In this document: positions 19,886 to 28,787 of the stretch, one piece after another | Position numbering within the stretch: position 1 is the stretch's first letter | Layout of the letters: each line of letters opens with the position of its first letter | The notes under the pieces: model-generated | Databases searched by the model: none | What the model saw: the letters and a program-made list of their open reading frames with translations, nothing else | Told to the model about the DNA's origin: nothing | Source: Methanobacteriota archaeon | GTDB taxonomy: Archaea > Thermoplasmatota > Poseidoniia > Poseidoniales > Poseidoniaceae | Reading direction: 5' to 3' | DNA length: 54,769 bases | NCBI GenBank assembly: GCA_009937025.1 | Contig: JAACDG010000070.1 | Span: 1-54,769, forward strand | Translations under genes and position numbers: made by a program

Positions 19886-20296
19886 ATGTCGAAGACAGTA
19901 GCAGATTTGAAACTTGATGATGAACACATGACCATTGGCATCGACGACTCGATGGCTGAGGCCTCAAGACGATTATTGACGATATCAGGTGGAATCCTTG
20001 TCGTTCTCGACGATGATTCAAAAACGAAAGGCGTCATTGGACAGCGCCAATTCCTCAAAGCCTTTGCAGAGAATATTGATTCGAATGAGGCTAAATGTTC
20101 AGAGTGGATGGAAATGGATTTCCTTGAAGTTCAACTTAACCAGACTCTCAAATCAGTTCTCGCAGATATTCAAGAAAGAGCACCACAAGCCGTTGTTGCG
20201 GTACAAGAAGATGGTGAATTTGCAGGTTATTTTTCACCGACAGACTACCAAGAAGCGACGAGAATTGTTAGTTCTCTCAAAGGGCTCAACCTTTGA
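19886..20296 (+). CDS. CBS-domain pair protein
   Basis: Two CBS-like units (SMAEASRRL...LVVLDDDSKTKGVI; TLKSVL...AVVAVQEDGEFAGYF). Confidence 0.75.
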   Translation: MSKTVADLKLDDEHMTIGIDDSMAEASRRLLTISGGILVVLDDDSKTKGVIGQRQFLKAFAENIDSNEAKCSEWMEMDFLEVQLNQTLKSVLADIQERAPQAVVAVQEDGEFAGYFSPTDYQEATRIVSSLKGLNL

Positions 20297-22345
20297 TTAG
20301 GCTACAATTTTGATTACCCGTTCGCAACCAACACATGCGAATCGCAAAGGCCTTTGTTGACTCATGATAGGATTCGGAGTTGAACAAGCAGGACATGGTA
20401 TGACGGGTGTGCTCAGCGTCATGGCTTCTTGAACCAATTCGGTCCTTGAACGGGGGCTTGTAACTGCTGTAACCCACCAGATCATAACTGCCATAGCAAC
20501 TGCCCCACCAACGAAAGGTGGTTGATAGCCAAAGAAATGGATGAGAACAACAAGTGGGACCAAGACAAGTTCAACATACACAATCTTTCTTTGCCGGTTT
20601 TTCGTCAGTTTCAAAGCCACCAGGAATCCAAATCCAAGGCCAAAGATGACCAAGAGAAGTAACGGGAGTGGACTGTGAATTGGATCCTTGGTTGGAGTTG
20701 CTGTGAATTTGAATTTATCATCTTGACCGATATCATCGCCTTTCACTTCAAATATTTCCCCCCAAGGCAAGCGCGAATGGCTGAGTGATACAGATTCACC
20801 GGGGTCCATTGTGGCACCTGCGAAAGAACTCATTGCAGAAGATGTTCCGCTCAACGAAAGTGTATATCCACTCCATAACGGAGAAGGTTGGGCTGTAATG
20901 AAATTTTCAAAAAGAGAAACGCGTTCTCCATTGGGAATGATTATTGTCGACGAGATAATCAATGTGATTGGGTGGTTCACCACATTTGCCTCACCATTCA
21001 AGTCAACATCAACATCGAAAGTGTTGAAATCTTTTGTTTGAGCTCCGAGTAAATCTTCCACTTCAAAACCAAGCCCTACTCCAAGGTAATAAGCAGCCAA
21101 ACCTGCACCATTTGTACTCAACATTTGACGTTCAAATTCGTTAACTTCTGTGTCTTCAATAGTACGACTCACACGTTGTTCATCGCCGACGCTTCCTGCA
21201 TCGAAACTTTTCAGGACATCGGTAAGTGGTGTTACTTCATCTCCAAGATGGTCCATTCCCCATCGCATCCAAAAAGCCATTTCTCCACCGATCTCAATTC
21301 GTGTTTGACGTTCAAGTTCAAGACCTTCATCCGAAGATACAAGTGAAAACGTTCCAGTGATAGTAAGTGGACTTCCATCTCCAGTGGTCTTCAAAGGTTC
21401 ATCGGGTGGATAATAGGTTCCTGTTCCACCGTTCGAGTCAAATGTTTCGATTTCAAAAGAGGTCGAACCAGAGAGTGAAGCACCTCCGGTCTCGAGCGTG
21501 AGGCGGGTTTCAACTGACACTGTTTCAATACCTCCTGCTGCACCCTCCCAGGTCCAAGTAACACGAACACCATCTCCTTGAGAAGTTTCAATTGGATCAC
21601 CAGTAAGTATCGTCGTCCCTACCAACATTTCAAGAGATTCAGATTTTGAAAGAATGTCCATGCCCCAATTTGAATTGATAACGACTGAGAAATACACTTC
21701 AGAGCCTTCAACTTCTGGCTCAAGTAGGGTCAGGTCAAAGAGTGGAATATCCGCCTCAAGAGTTGAATCACTTTCTTCCGAACCCCACTTAAACTCCAAC
21801 ATCGCATCGCCAGTAGGCAATGAAAAGACGACTGTACTAGCAGTGAGCGTAAGTTCAATAAGCCCATTATTAGAAATTGCAGTTTCATCAACATCGATAT
21901 CCAAGGTTAGTGTCCCAGTACCTTGGCCGAGGAAGGAATTTCCCGGTTCTGTTGAAGCACTGAAAGTCTGACTTCCAATCTTCAAAGTAGCCGTTGCATT
22001 GACTTGTGCACTTGCTGCATCACTCACTTCGTATTGAATCGAAACTTTCCAGGTATGGGCAGGAACTGTACCCGGCCAGACATGAGGCAACACCCATTTT
22101 CCAACCGTTTCTTCTGAAGTAACTGCATTTGCAATGGTTGCAGTGGTGGTCGTATCAGTCAAATCTTGAGAAAAAGGCGACATGGAACCCGCTGAAGCAG
22201 AGCCCAGTAAATGCAATTCCACTTCAGCAGAGTCGCAACATACAACTGTATCTTCAGCAGTTGCATCGCCAATAAAGGAATCAACCAAAGGCGTCATCAT
22301 CGAAGCAATGAAAATCAAAACAAATACGAATGGACGTACAGTCAT
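20297..22345 (-). CDS. Secreted/membrane protein with beta-rich ectodomain, 3 C-terminal TM helices and a terminal zinc ribbon
   Basis: Signal peptide; acidic S/T-rich ectodomain; three hydrophobic helices; CPAC...CVGC at the C-terminus. Confidence 0.75.
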   Translation of the reverse strand: MTVRPFVFVLIFIASMMTPLVDSFIGDATAEDTVVCCDSAEVELHLLGSASAGSMSPFSQDLTDTTTTATIANAVTSEETVGKWVLPHVWPGTVPAHTWKVSIQYEVSDAASAQVNATATLKIGSQTFSASTEPGNSFLGQGTGTLTLDIDVDETAISNNGLIELTLTASTVVFSLPTGDAMLEFKWGSEESDSTLEADIPLFDLTLLEPEVEGSEVYFSVVINSNWGMDILSKSESLEMLVGTTILTGDPIETSQGDGVRVTWTWEGAAGGIETVSVETRLTLETGGASLSGSTSFEIETFDSNGGTGTYYPPDEPLKTTGDGSPLTITGTFSLVSSDEGLELERQTRIEIGGEMAFWMRWGMDHLGDEVTPLTDVLKSFDAGSVGDEQRVSRTIEDTEVNEFERQMLSTNGAGLAAYYLGVGLGFEVEDLLGAQTKDFNTFDVDVDLNGEANVVNHPITLIISSTIIIPNGERVSLFENFITAQPSPLWSGYTLSLSGTSSAMSSFAGATMDPGESVSLSHSRLPWGEIFEVKGDDIGQDDKFKFTATPTKDPIHSPLPLLLLVIFGLGFGFLVALKLTKNRQRKIVYVELVLVPLVVLIHFFGYQPPFVGGAVAMAVMIWWVTAVTSPRSRTELVQEAMTLSTPVIPCPACSTPNPIMSQQRPLRFACVGCERVIKIVA

Positions 22346-22414
22346 TACTTCTCCTCGAGTCGAACCCAGCGCGCATGGCACATAAGCGAAGCGCTTTGCC
22401 GACTACAGAGAGCC

Positions 22415-22765
22415 TCAAATTGCCTTCTCGAGAAGTGCGCCAAGTTCCTTTTCGAAAAGAGAAACGACGGCTTCACCAACTTCACCTTGTAAATCATCAG
22501 GCAAGAGGCGTAAGCCAAGCCGGGTTGCTGCTCGGGTCGCTTTCAATTCTGCATATACAGTTCGTGCTTTGGTATGGAAATAATAGGCAACTGCTTCCTT
22601 AATTTCTGCCTTAAGTTCAGGGTCCTCATCGACTTTACTTCGGATGTGAGTTTTGAGTTCATCCTTGACCAAATCACGAAATGCTTCGATAACTAAATCT
22701 TCAGTTGACATCAAATCTTGGACTTGGTCTCGAATACTACCGGTAAGCAATCGTTCAATGGCCAT
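22415..22765 (-). CDS. Conserved-looking helical hypothetical protein
   Basis: 116-aa ORF with coding-like composition, co-oriented in the rps15 cluster. Confidence 0.75.
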   Translation of the reverse strand: MAIERLLTGSIRDQVQDLMSTEDLVIEAFRDLVKDELKTHIRSKVDEDPELKAEIKEAVAYYFHTKARTVYAELKATRAATRLGLRLLPDDLQGEVGEAVVSLFEKELGALLEKAI

Positions 22766-22790
22766 GACAATCCCAGAGTGTTATGAGGTT

Positions 22791-23714
22791 TCAACCCGTC
22801 GATGGCTCAGATTGAAAGAGTAAACCTGTTTTGAGAAAAGAATCGGCCAATTTTGAAGCGTGGGTTTTGGCTTTAAGCGCATCACTTGGCCATGCTTTCT
22901 CCGCCAAATGGACTTGGCTCATAACATCGATATCTGAAGTTCCAATCATTAACCGATGCCAAACAAGTTCTTCGAGTCGAGGTGTGGAGAGAGAAGAATT
23001 TTCTAGAGTCGGAAGAATCAATTCACTCAAAGCTGATGAACGAGATGTGACATCCATTTTCATCCACCCTTTTTGCAATCTCGATAACATTCGTTCGGAG
23101 AGGTCGGGAATCATTCCTGGAGCAGGTGATGGCACTTCTGGAAGCGGAACCATTCGAAAAGAGCCTTCGTCTCGCAAATGGTCTCGTATGGCTGTATGAA
23201 TCGCGTCAAATGTGGTATCCAAGGCTTCACGTAACCAAAGTCCCGTACCAGCAAATGGCCGCAATAAACGTACTTTTTGGCCATTTGGAACCAATTCTGC
23301 TGCTAATGCTGCACATTGTGCAACAACATCTAGTGCCCCACGTCGCTCAGATTGATTTGCTCCCAAACGTACCACGACCGATAGCGGTGTGATGTGAATA
23401 TATTCTGTTTCGGGAAGTTCATTCATCTCCCAGGTGTCTTCGAAAGGAGCAATAAATATCAGTAAACCATCCTGAATGTTTTCAGGTTGTGCTCGTTCAT
23501 CCCGGGGTAGAGATTTGTGTGAAGGGAGAAAACGGCGCCGATACTTCACTCCAGTATCGAGAAAGGCAGATTCTAACATCGAAAGGGAAAGAAGTCCAGA
23601 TAAATCTGCAGGAGCATGAATATGAACCATGGAGGCATCTCTAATTTGCTTTGAAAGGTTCTGTATTCTTTCTTTAACCTCAGAGAAGGATGAAATGAGA
23701 AGTAAGTCGTTCAT
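22791..23714 (-). CDS. Degenerate DHH/RecJ-like protein downstream of rps15
   Basis: N-terminus VHIHAPADLSGLLSLSML aligns by eye with DHH motif I (hhhhHxDxDG); it occupies the usual rps15-DHH position in euryarchaea; no DHH triad seen. Confidence 0.55.
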   Translation of the reverse strand: MNDLLLISSFSEVKERIQNLSKQIRDASMVHIHAPADLSGLLSLSMLESAFLDTGVKYRRRFLPSHKSLPRDERAQPENIQDGLLIFIAPFEDTWEMNELPETEYIHITPLSVVVRLGANQSERRGALDVVAQCAALAAELVPNGQKVRLLRPFAGTGLWLREALDTTFDAIHTAIRDHLRDEGSFRMVPLPEVPSPAPGMIPDLSERMLSRLQKGWMKMDVTSRSSALSELILPTLENSSLSTPRLEELVWHRLMIGTSDIDVMSQVHLAEKAWPSDALKAKTHASKLADSFLKTGLLFQSEPSTG

Positions 23715-23791
23715 TGCCCCACCGATTGATTCGAGGAGGTTACCATTGATGAAGTCTCCACATGAGGTGGGACGAAGCAATGAATGAGAAC

Positions 23792-24250
23792 TCACTCTAC
23801 CATGAGGCGGAGTTCATCACGCTTGTAGCGCCATTCAGATGGCAAGCGGCCCTCTGATTTGTAATAATTTGAAAGGCGACGGATTTTTGCTTCCGTGATT
23901 TCGAGAGAACGCTTGTTGTGAAGGTCCTTGTGGTTTCCACTTCCAAGATGGTTGATAATTCCAACAGCTTGTTGCATGAGGTTCATCATATCTTCAGGAT
24001 AAGTCCCGCCAATGTTGTTTTCTGCCAAAACTCTTGCAATACGCTTGCCAATGACAAGACGGACGCTTGGAACGGCATGTTTGTCTCGAAGAATAGTGCC
24101 AATGACTGCAGAGGAATGTCCTTCCTTTCCGAGGTCAATGATGAGTTGAGTTACCGCTGCAGCATCTGTGTTTGACCCCTCTGGTGCTTCGTCGACATGG
24201 GGCTTACTTGACCCACTTTTTCCTTTTCGAGACTTATACATACGTGCCAT
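23792..24250 (-). CDS. rps15: 30S ribosomal protein S15 (uS15, archaeal S13e/S15P type)
   Basis: MARMY..RKGKSGS, IGTILRD, PED, HKDLHNKRSL...EAKIRRL..YYK..GRLP..WRY. Confidence 0.97.
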   Translation of the reverse strand: MARMYKSRKGKSGSSKPHVDEAPEGSNTDAAAVTQLIIDLGKEGHSSAVIGTILRDKHAVPSVRLVIGKRIARVLAENNIGGTYPEDMMNLMQQAVGIINHLGSGNHKDLHNKRSLEITEAKIRRLSNYYKSEGRLPSEWRYKRDELRLMVE

Positions 24251-24271
24251 AAGGACAACTCCAAGGAAAAC

Positions 24272-24285
24272 GGCGACTTGTCGCC
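24272..24285. promoter_or_regulatory. Palindrome upstream of rps15 (operator or leader hairpin candidate)
   Basis: GGCGAC-TT-GTCGCC between a TTAAG TATA-like box and the rps15 start. Confidence 0.3.
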
Positions 24286-24364
24286 CCTTCTTAACCGCTC
24301 CGCTTCATCCAAGCGCTTTGAGAATCAAATATTCGATGGATGGCGAGCCATACAGTCCACTAAA

Positions 24365-26173
24365 CTACAAGCGTTGATGTGATTTTGCTAACCGGCCGGG
24401 AGTGGTTGGCCATTCCCATCCCGGGGCATTTGCACGAGCAAGGCCAATGACAGTACCGCCTTGATAAACAAGTAAATCTGAACCTGCGCGAAGAGTCGGG
24501 TCGAACGATTTGATCAAGGCTCCAAAGATATCTCCCTTCCACACAACATCAGGATGAAGATGGACTTCAGGAAGTGCGTTGAGTTCAGCAAGTGTTGGAA
24601 TGACTGCCTTGGGAAGGGAAAAACCACTTCGTTCAATCGACCAAAGTGCCATTTGTGTTTGACCATCCTCCAAACGATAACGCGGTGGTTTTCCTCGAAC
24701 CTTCAAACCCTCAAGCCAAGCATCACTTTTCATTTGTTTTCGAGCAATACTGGCAAAGTTATCGAGAAGAATTTTCTCAGTTTTTCTACCTCGTGCACTG
24801 AACGCATCAACTGCACTGCGCACGGTCTCTGTCAAACGTTCAAGTGCACCATGGGACCCTGCAGAATCCCCTTGGCGCGTGTCGATAATTTCAATCGAAT
24901 CATGCGTGAATTCAATACCTGAGTGGTTGATAATTCGCTGGTACTTATGTCGGTGAACCAGTGATTTGAACATGCGTTGTATGCGGGCCAATTCATCACC
25001 TGTCCAGTCCCCAGTAACCGGGACATCATAGTGGCCTGCTGGCCAAGCCTCTTCCAAATCTCGAGGGACCAATCCCAGAGGAGAAGTAACCATGACTTCA
25101 TGACAAGCACTGGTCCCAATTGCACGAATAAAACGTCCATGAGATTTCGAAAGTCGATATGGCTTACGTGCAGAACATGGGAGAAGTATGAGGATAGAAT
25201 CCAAACCAGTCGGCGCCTGATATTCAGTGGAGATGAAAGATTCCCAATCTGAAATAATCGGGTCAGACTGAATCGAAACCGAATGGCAAGGGAATGTGAA
25301 ATCAACAGCAACATGTGAAGAAAGAAGTCCTGGCATATTTTGACACAAGATGTCGTGCCGACGAAGATGTTCGACCAAGCGAGGGCTGGTGAGTGATTGG
25401 CGGTCTGCAAGAGAACGCATTTGGTCTGAAACCAGTGCTCCTCGAACTGCAGCAATAGCATTTTTCCAGTGTGAAATCTGAGCGTCCATGTCTGCAGTTT
25501 CGTTCATTGAGTCAACAACATGTCTCGGTCCCTGTTCAGTGAGAAGAACTCCTGCTGCAGCTGCTTGACGTGAACGTGCCAAATCAAACAAATCAACACC
25601 AAACCATGTCAGCACAGCGAGATTATCGGGGCCGCCAAGACCGGGAGTCCAAAGAAGCGCCCCTGGGAATCGGCGTTTGAGGGTCGTAATCGCTTCAACT
25701 AATCTACCAGGCTGAGCAGCGAGTTGAATGGCATCAACAAGAACCACAACGTCCGGGTTCAGTGTTGTATCGGTTAAAGTCGCATCATGGTTCAGTCGTT
25801 GCCAAGAGACAGGTAAAACTTGAGCGGTTCCAGCGGGCTCGCCAGCATCCGCTTCATCCAGAGAAGGAGGGAGGACATGGCCAATCGAAACGCTCCACTT
25901 TGGTGAAGGTTCAAGAAAATCTGGCGGGGAAAGTGGCAACCGTGATTCAAAAGTCAGCGTAGCTGGGATTTTGTCGTTTGTTGCAGAGCGGAAAGGAGCA
26001 AAATGTGCATCAATATCTTCATCACCATCGAGCAAAACGAGTGCTGGTGTTGATGCGACTGGATTTTTCCTATCTCCGAGCGCCCAGAGCCGAGCAAAGC
26101 GATAACGCGCCGTAACGGTTCGACCCAGCCCTGCCTCCATGGACAGGCCAAAAGCCATTGCTTCTTCAAGCAT
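24365..26173 (-). CDS. arcS: Archaeosine synthase subunit alpha (ArcS/TgtA2)
   Basis: Degenerate TGT-like N-terminus (GVDLFD), LLPCSARKPYRLSKSH, VTSPLGLVPRDLE, YDVPVTGDW, C-terminal PUA-like domain. Start uncertain. Confidence 0.88.
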   Translation of the reverse strand: MLEEAMAFGLSMEAGLGRTVTARYRFARLWALGDRKNPVASTPALVLLDGDEDIDAHFAPFRSATNDKIPATLTFESRLPLSPPDFLEPSPKWSVSIGHVLPPSLDEADAGEPAGTAQVLPVSWQRLNHDATLTDTTLNPDVVVLVDAIQLAAQPGRLVEAITTLKRRFPGALLWTPGLGGPDNLAVLTWFGVDLFDLARSRQAAAAGVLLTEQGPRHVVDSMNETADMDAQISHWKNAIAAVRGALVSDQMRSLADRQSLTSPRLVEHLRRHDILCQNMPGLLSSHVAVDFTFPCHSVSIQSDPIISDWESFISTEYQAPTGLDSILILLPCSARKPYRLSKSHGRFIRAIGTSACHEVMVTSPLGLVPRDLEEAWPAGHYDVPVTGDWTGDELARIQRMFKSLVHRHKYQRIINHSGIEFTHDSIEIIDTRQGDSAGSHGALERLTETVRSAVDAFSARGRKTEKILLDNFASIARKQMKSDAWLEGLKVRGKPPRYRLEDGQTQMALWSIERSGFSLPKAVIPTLAELNALPEVHLHPDVVWKGDIFGALIKSFDPTLRAGSDLLVYQGGTVIGLARANAPGWEWPTTPGRLAKSHQRL

Positions 26174-26224
26174 TGGACACCATGCAAGGCCTAAGTTCAA
26201 AGCAAATACTTTGCAGGCAATGTC

Positions 26225-28465
26225 ATGGACGGGGGAAGAGATGGATACACTTTTTCCTCCAGCGTTGCGATGGCATTGCTTTTCACAGTGATTATGTTGA
26301 GTCCTCTCGCCACTTCTTCGGCGGAAGATTCCCCTTCATCTACAACCCTCATCGATGGACGTATTGCTGGTTTTCAGGCTGAACCATCTGTAGATTATAC
26401 CCGAGATTGGATGGTAGAAGAGGGTGAATGGTTGAGCCTGAATCTTGATTGCAATCAATGTCAAGCCCAACTCACCCTTGATGGAAATACAACGACCAGT
26501 TCTTCGGGAATCACGCTACAAGCTGAAAGCAACGGCGCTGTACAGTTGGTTATTTCTTCGACTATCCAAGAATATGTTTCTTTCTCACTCGTAGAAAATA
26601 TACATGAAGATTTTAGCCACCTCCGCCCGTCCCCAACTGAAAACATTACGTTTGTAACGAGCAAATATTGCAATGACGTTCTGACGTGTATCAACCCAAC
26701 ACAGGGCAATCTCGATGGAATTCCACATGGCGAATACAATTCAAGTGATTACATTCGCGGTATTCTCGAACTGTCAACACCTGAATATATTCCTCTCGAA
26801 GTAGCCGCTGGAGATACACTTGAACTTCAATTTGTACATACGACGGATGAAATTTCATTGTCAGTCTATTTTCAAAATACCACATCTGAACACCTACACG
26901 AACAAACTCTTGAGCAATCACTTGGACTGGTAGCAAATGTTGCTGGTGATGCAAAACTCTGGCACTTTTCTGAAGATGGACGAGTTTTGGTTAAAGTTGA
27001 AAGTGGTGGAGTGGATACTGCATGGGTTCTCAAAAAAATGATGTATGAAAATCATTATTCCAATACGCTCATTGAAAGTCATGACAATCTCAAGTTAGTT
27101 GGCCACTCCTCTACATCAGCGACTATCGAAATGAACGATACTCAGAAATTCACTCTCGAAGCATTTCATACTTCACCTCGACTCCAAATTGACCAATTAG
27201 TTAGCGGCACATGGATAAACGGCCAATTCCAAAACATGACGGCTGAACAAGCAACAGTCTTCTATCCTTATCCAAACATCAGCGCAGTCCGAATCCATGC
27301 TGACTCTCCAGTCCATTGGATTGAGATTGAAGTTTCAGACATATCAGACCTCCACTCTGGTGAAGAGGCACCGTCCTATCGCCCTTCAACAGCCGCGAGT
27401 GTCAATACATCATGGCCTCTCATGCCGATGCAATCAGCACCACTTCAGGCTGAATTGACGCTTTCTATACATGATACTGCAGATGTCTATCGTTTTGAGA
27501 TTGAAGGATGGGATGAATCGGAACATCTTGTTCAAATCTTAGTCGAAGGAAGTAACATCGAATCTCTTCAACTTGAATTGTGGAGTCTTGATCAGGAATC
27601 TTGGGAGGTCGTTGAATCAAAACAAGCTATGTTTTCAAATGGTAAAATTCAACTTGCAGTCGAAGTAAGTAGAGGAACTCACTTTTTCCGTGTATCACTG
27701 CTCGATTCTGTCAATCACACTCAACATTCTTGGGGAGAAGAAGTACCAAGCATTTCTTACTTTTTGTCTTCAGGATACACACTCATTGATGAAGGGGATG
27801 AACCCTATTTCCCCCCTGATGAAAATGCTGAGAAGTGGGGGGTTCGTGCTCGATTCTTCCTTGGTGCCTTGTTCCTTATTCCAGTTGCTTTCTTGGTGAT
27901 TCAGCAATATCGAACAAAGAGGACTGCACAACAACTTCTACTCAAATCCGAACAATTGGTTTGGTTCAAAAGCCAAATGGATTCTGGAAAATTCACACCA
28001 CAGCAATCTCGTAAAAGTTTGGCGAATGCACTTCAAGCCATTACACTTCTCAATTGGGAAGAGGCAAACAAGGCTTGGGGGAAAACAGACCTCGAATACC
28101 GTACAGAAAATATTGCCTTGGCTGTATGGAAGCTCGACCGCCGGATGGCTGGACATGAGGGGGCTGTCCCACTCATGGTCGGCGTTCATATCGTTGAAGG
28201 CAATTGGGATTTAGCAGCCTTGCGGTTCGATGCACCTGTTGGACAAGCATGGAAGGTTGAGCGTGTCGAACCACGGTTCCTGCACCGTGGGGAAGAAGTA
28301 TTCTTGGATACTATGGCGAAAGGAAATCGGACCTTTATCATGGCTGAATTAAGCGGTGGGGCAACTTCTGTTGATATCGAACTCAATGGCCGATTAGAAG
28401 GAGAACCAAGTGCAGCACGAATTCCATCTACACTCATGCTTGAGAGTGCCAATGAAGAGGAATGA
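26225..28465 (+). CDS. Single-pass membrane protein with beta-sandwich ectodomain and a ~180-aa cytoplasmic domain
   Basis: Signal peptide; PPC-like segments (DTADVYRFEI...GTHFFRV); TM FFLGALFLIPVAFLVI; globular-looking C-terminus. Confidence 0.75.
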   Translation: MDGGRDGYTFSSSVAMALLFTVIMLSPLATSSAEDSPSSTTLIDGRIAGFQAEPSVDYTRDWMVEEGEWLSLNLDCNQCQAQLTLDGNTTTSSSGITLQAESNGAVQLVISSTIQEYVSFSLVENIHEDFSHLRPSPTENITFVTSKYCNDVLTCINPTQGNLDGIPHGEYNSSDYIRGILELSTPEYIPLEVAAGDTLELQFVHTTDEISLSVYFQNTTSEHLHEQTLEQSLGLVANVAGDAKLWHFSEDGRVLVKVESGGVDTAWVLKKMMYENHYSNTLIESHDNLKLVGHSSTSATIEMNDTQKFTLEAFHTSPRLQIDQLVSGTWINGQFQNMTAEQATVFYPYPNISAVRIHADSPVHWIEIEVSDISDLHSGEEAPSYRPSTAASVNTSWPLMPMQSAPLQAELTLSIHDTADVYRFEIEGWDESEHLVQILVEGSNIESLQLELWSLDQESWEVVESKQAMFSNGKIQLAVEVSRGTHFFRVSLLDSVNHTQHSWGEEVPSISYFLSSGYTLIDEGDEPYFPPDENAEKWGVRARFFLGALFLIPVAFLVIQQYRTKRTAQQLLLKSEQLVWFKSQMDSGKFTPQQSRKSLANALQAITLLNWEEANKAWGKTDLEYRTENIALAVWKLDRRMAGHEGAVPLMVGVHIVEGNWDLAALRFDAPVGQAWKVERVEPRFLHRGEEVFLDTMAKGNRTFIMAELSGGATSVDIELNGRLEGEPSAARIPSTLMLESANEEE

Positions 28466-28476
28466 AAAGTTACTCT

Positions 28477-28630
28477 TCATTCAGTTGCTTTACTTGCATT
28501 TGCTTGGAAGACTGTTAATTCAATGGTGATGTTGACTTCTTCCTCGTTATCGTTTTGACCTGGGATCGGTGATGATGCCCAGGATAAGATTTGTAATGGC
28601 AGCAACAGGAGCGAGGGATTCCTGTGCCAT
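28477..28630 (-). pseudogene. Possible gene remnant (internal deletion/frameshift)
   Basis: RBS GAGGG plus ATG 28630 gives MAQESLAPVAAITNLILGIITDPRSKR-stop; another frame carries a protein-like end PGQNDNEEEVNITIELTVFQANASKATE-stop at 28477. Confidence 0.35.
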
Positions 28631-28697
28631 GACTGACCCTCTTTGTTCCATCCATATAATTCATTTCCGAAAGATAGGGTGCAGAAAGGATTTTCTT

Positions 28698-28787
28698 TCA
28701 TTCACGATTCTTAAGGTAATCTTCGCCATACCAAGCCCATTGGTCCATTGTCCAGCCAGCAGGAAGGCCTTCAGGGGGCAAAGGCGG
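28698..28787 (-). repeat. C-terminal PPLP-GLPxGWT-QW module, copy 2
   Basis: Encodes PPLPPEGLPAGWTMDQWAWYGEDYLKNRE-stop. Confidence 0.85.

Noticed and set aside
24832-25461. 209-aa alternative-frame ORF inside arcS, and the many other 60-170 aa shadow ORFs in the track
   Set aside because: They lie wholly within well-supported genes and show no motifs or protein-like composition.
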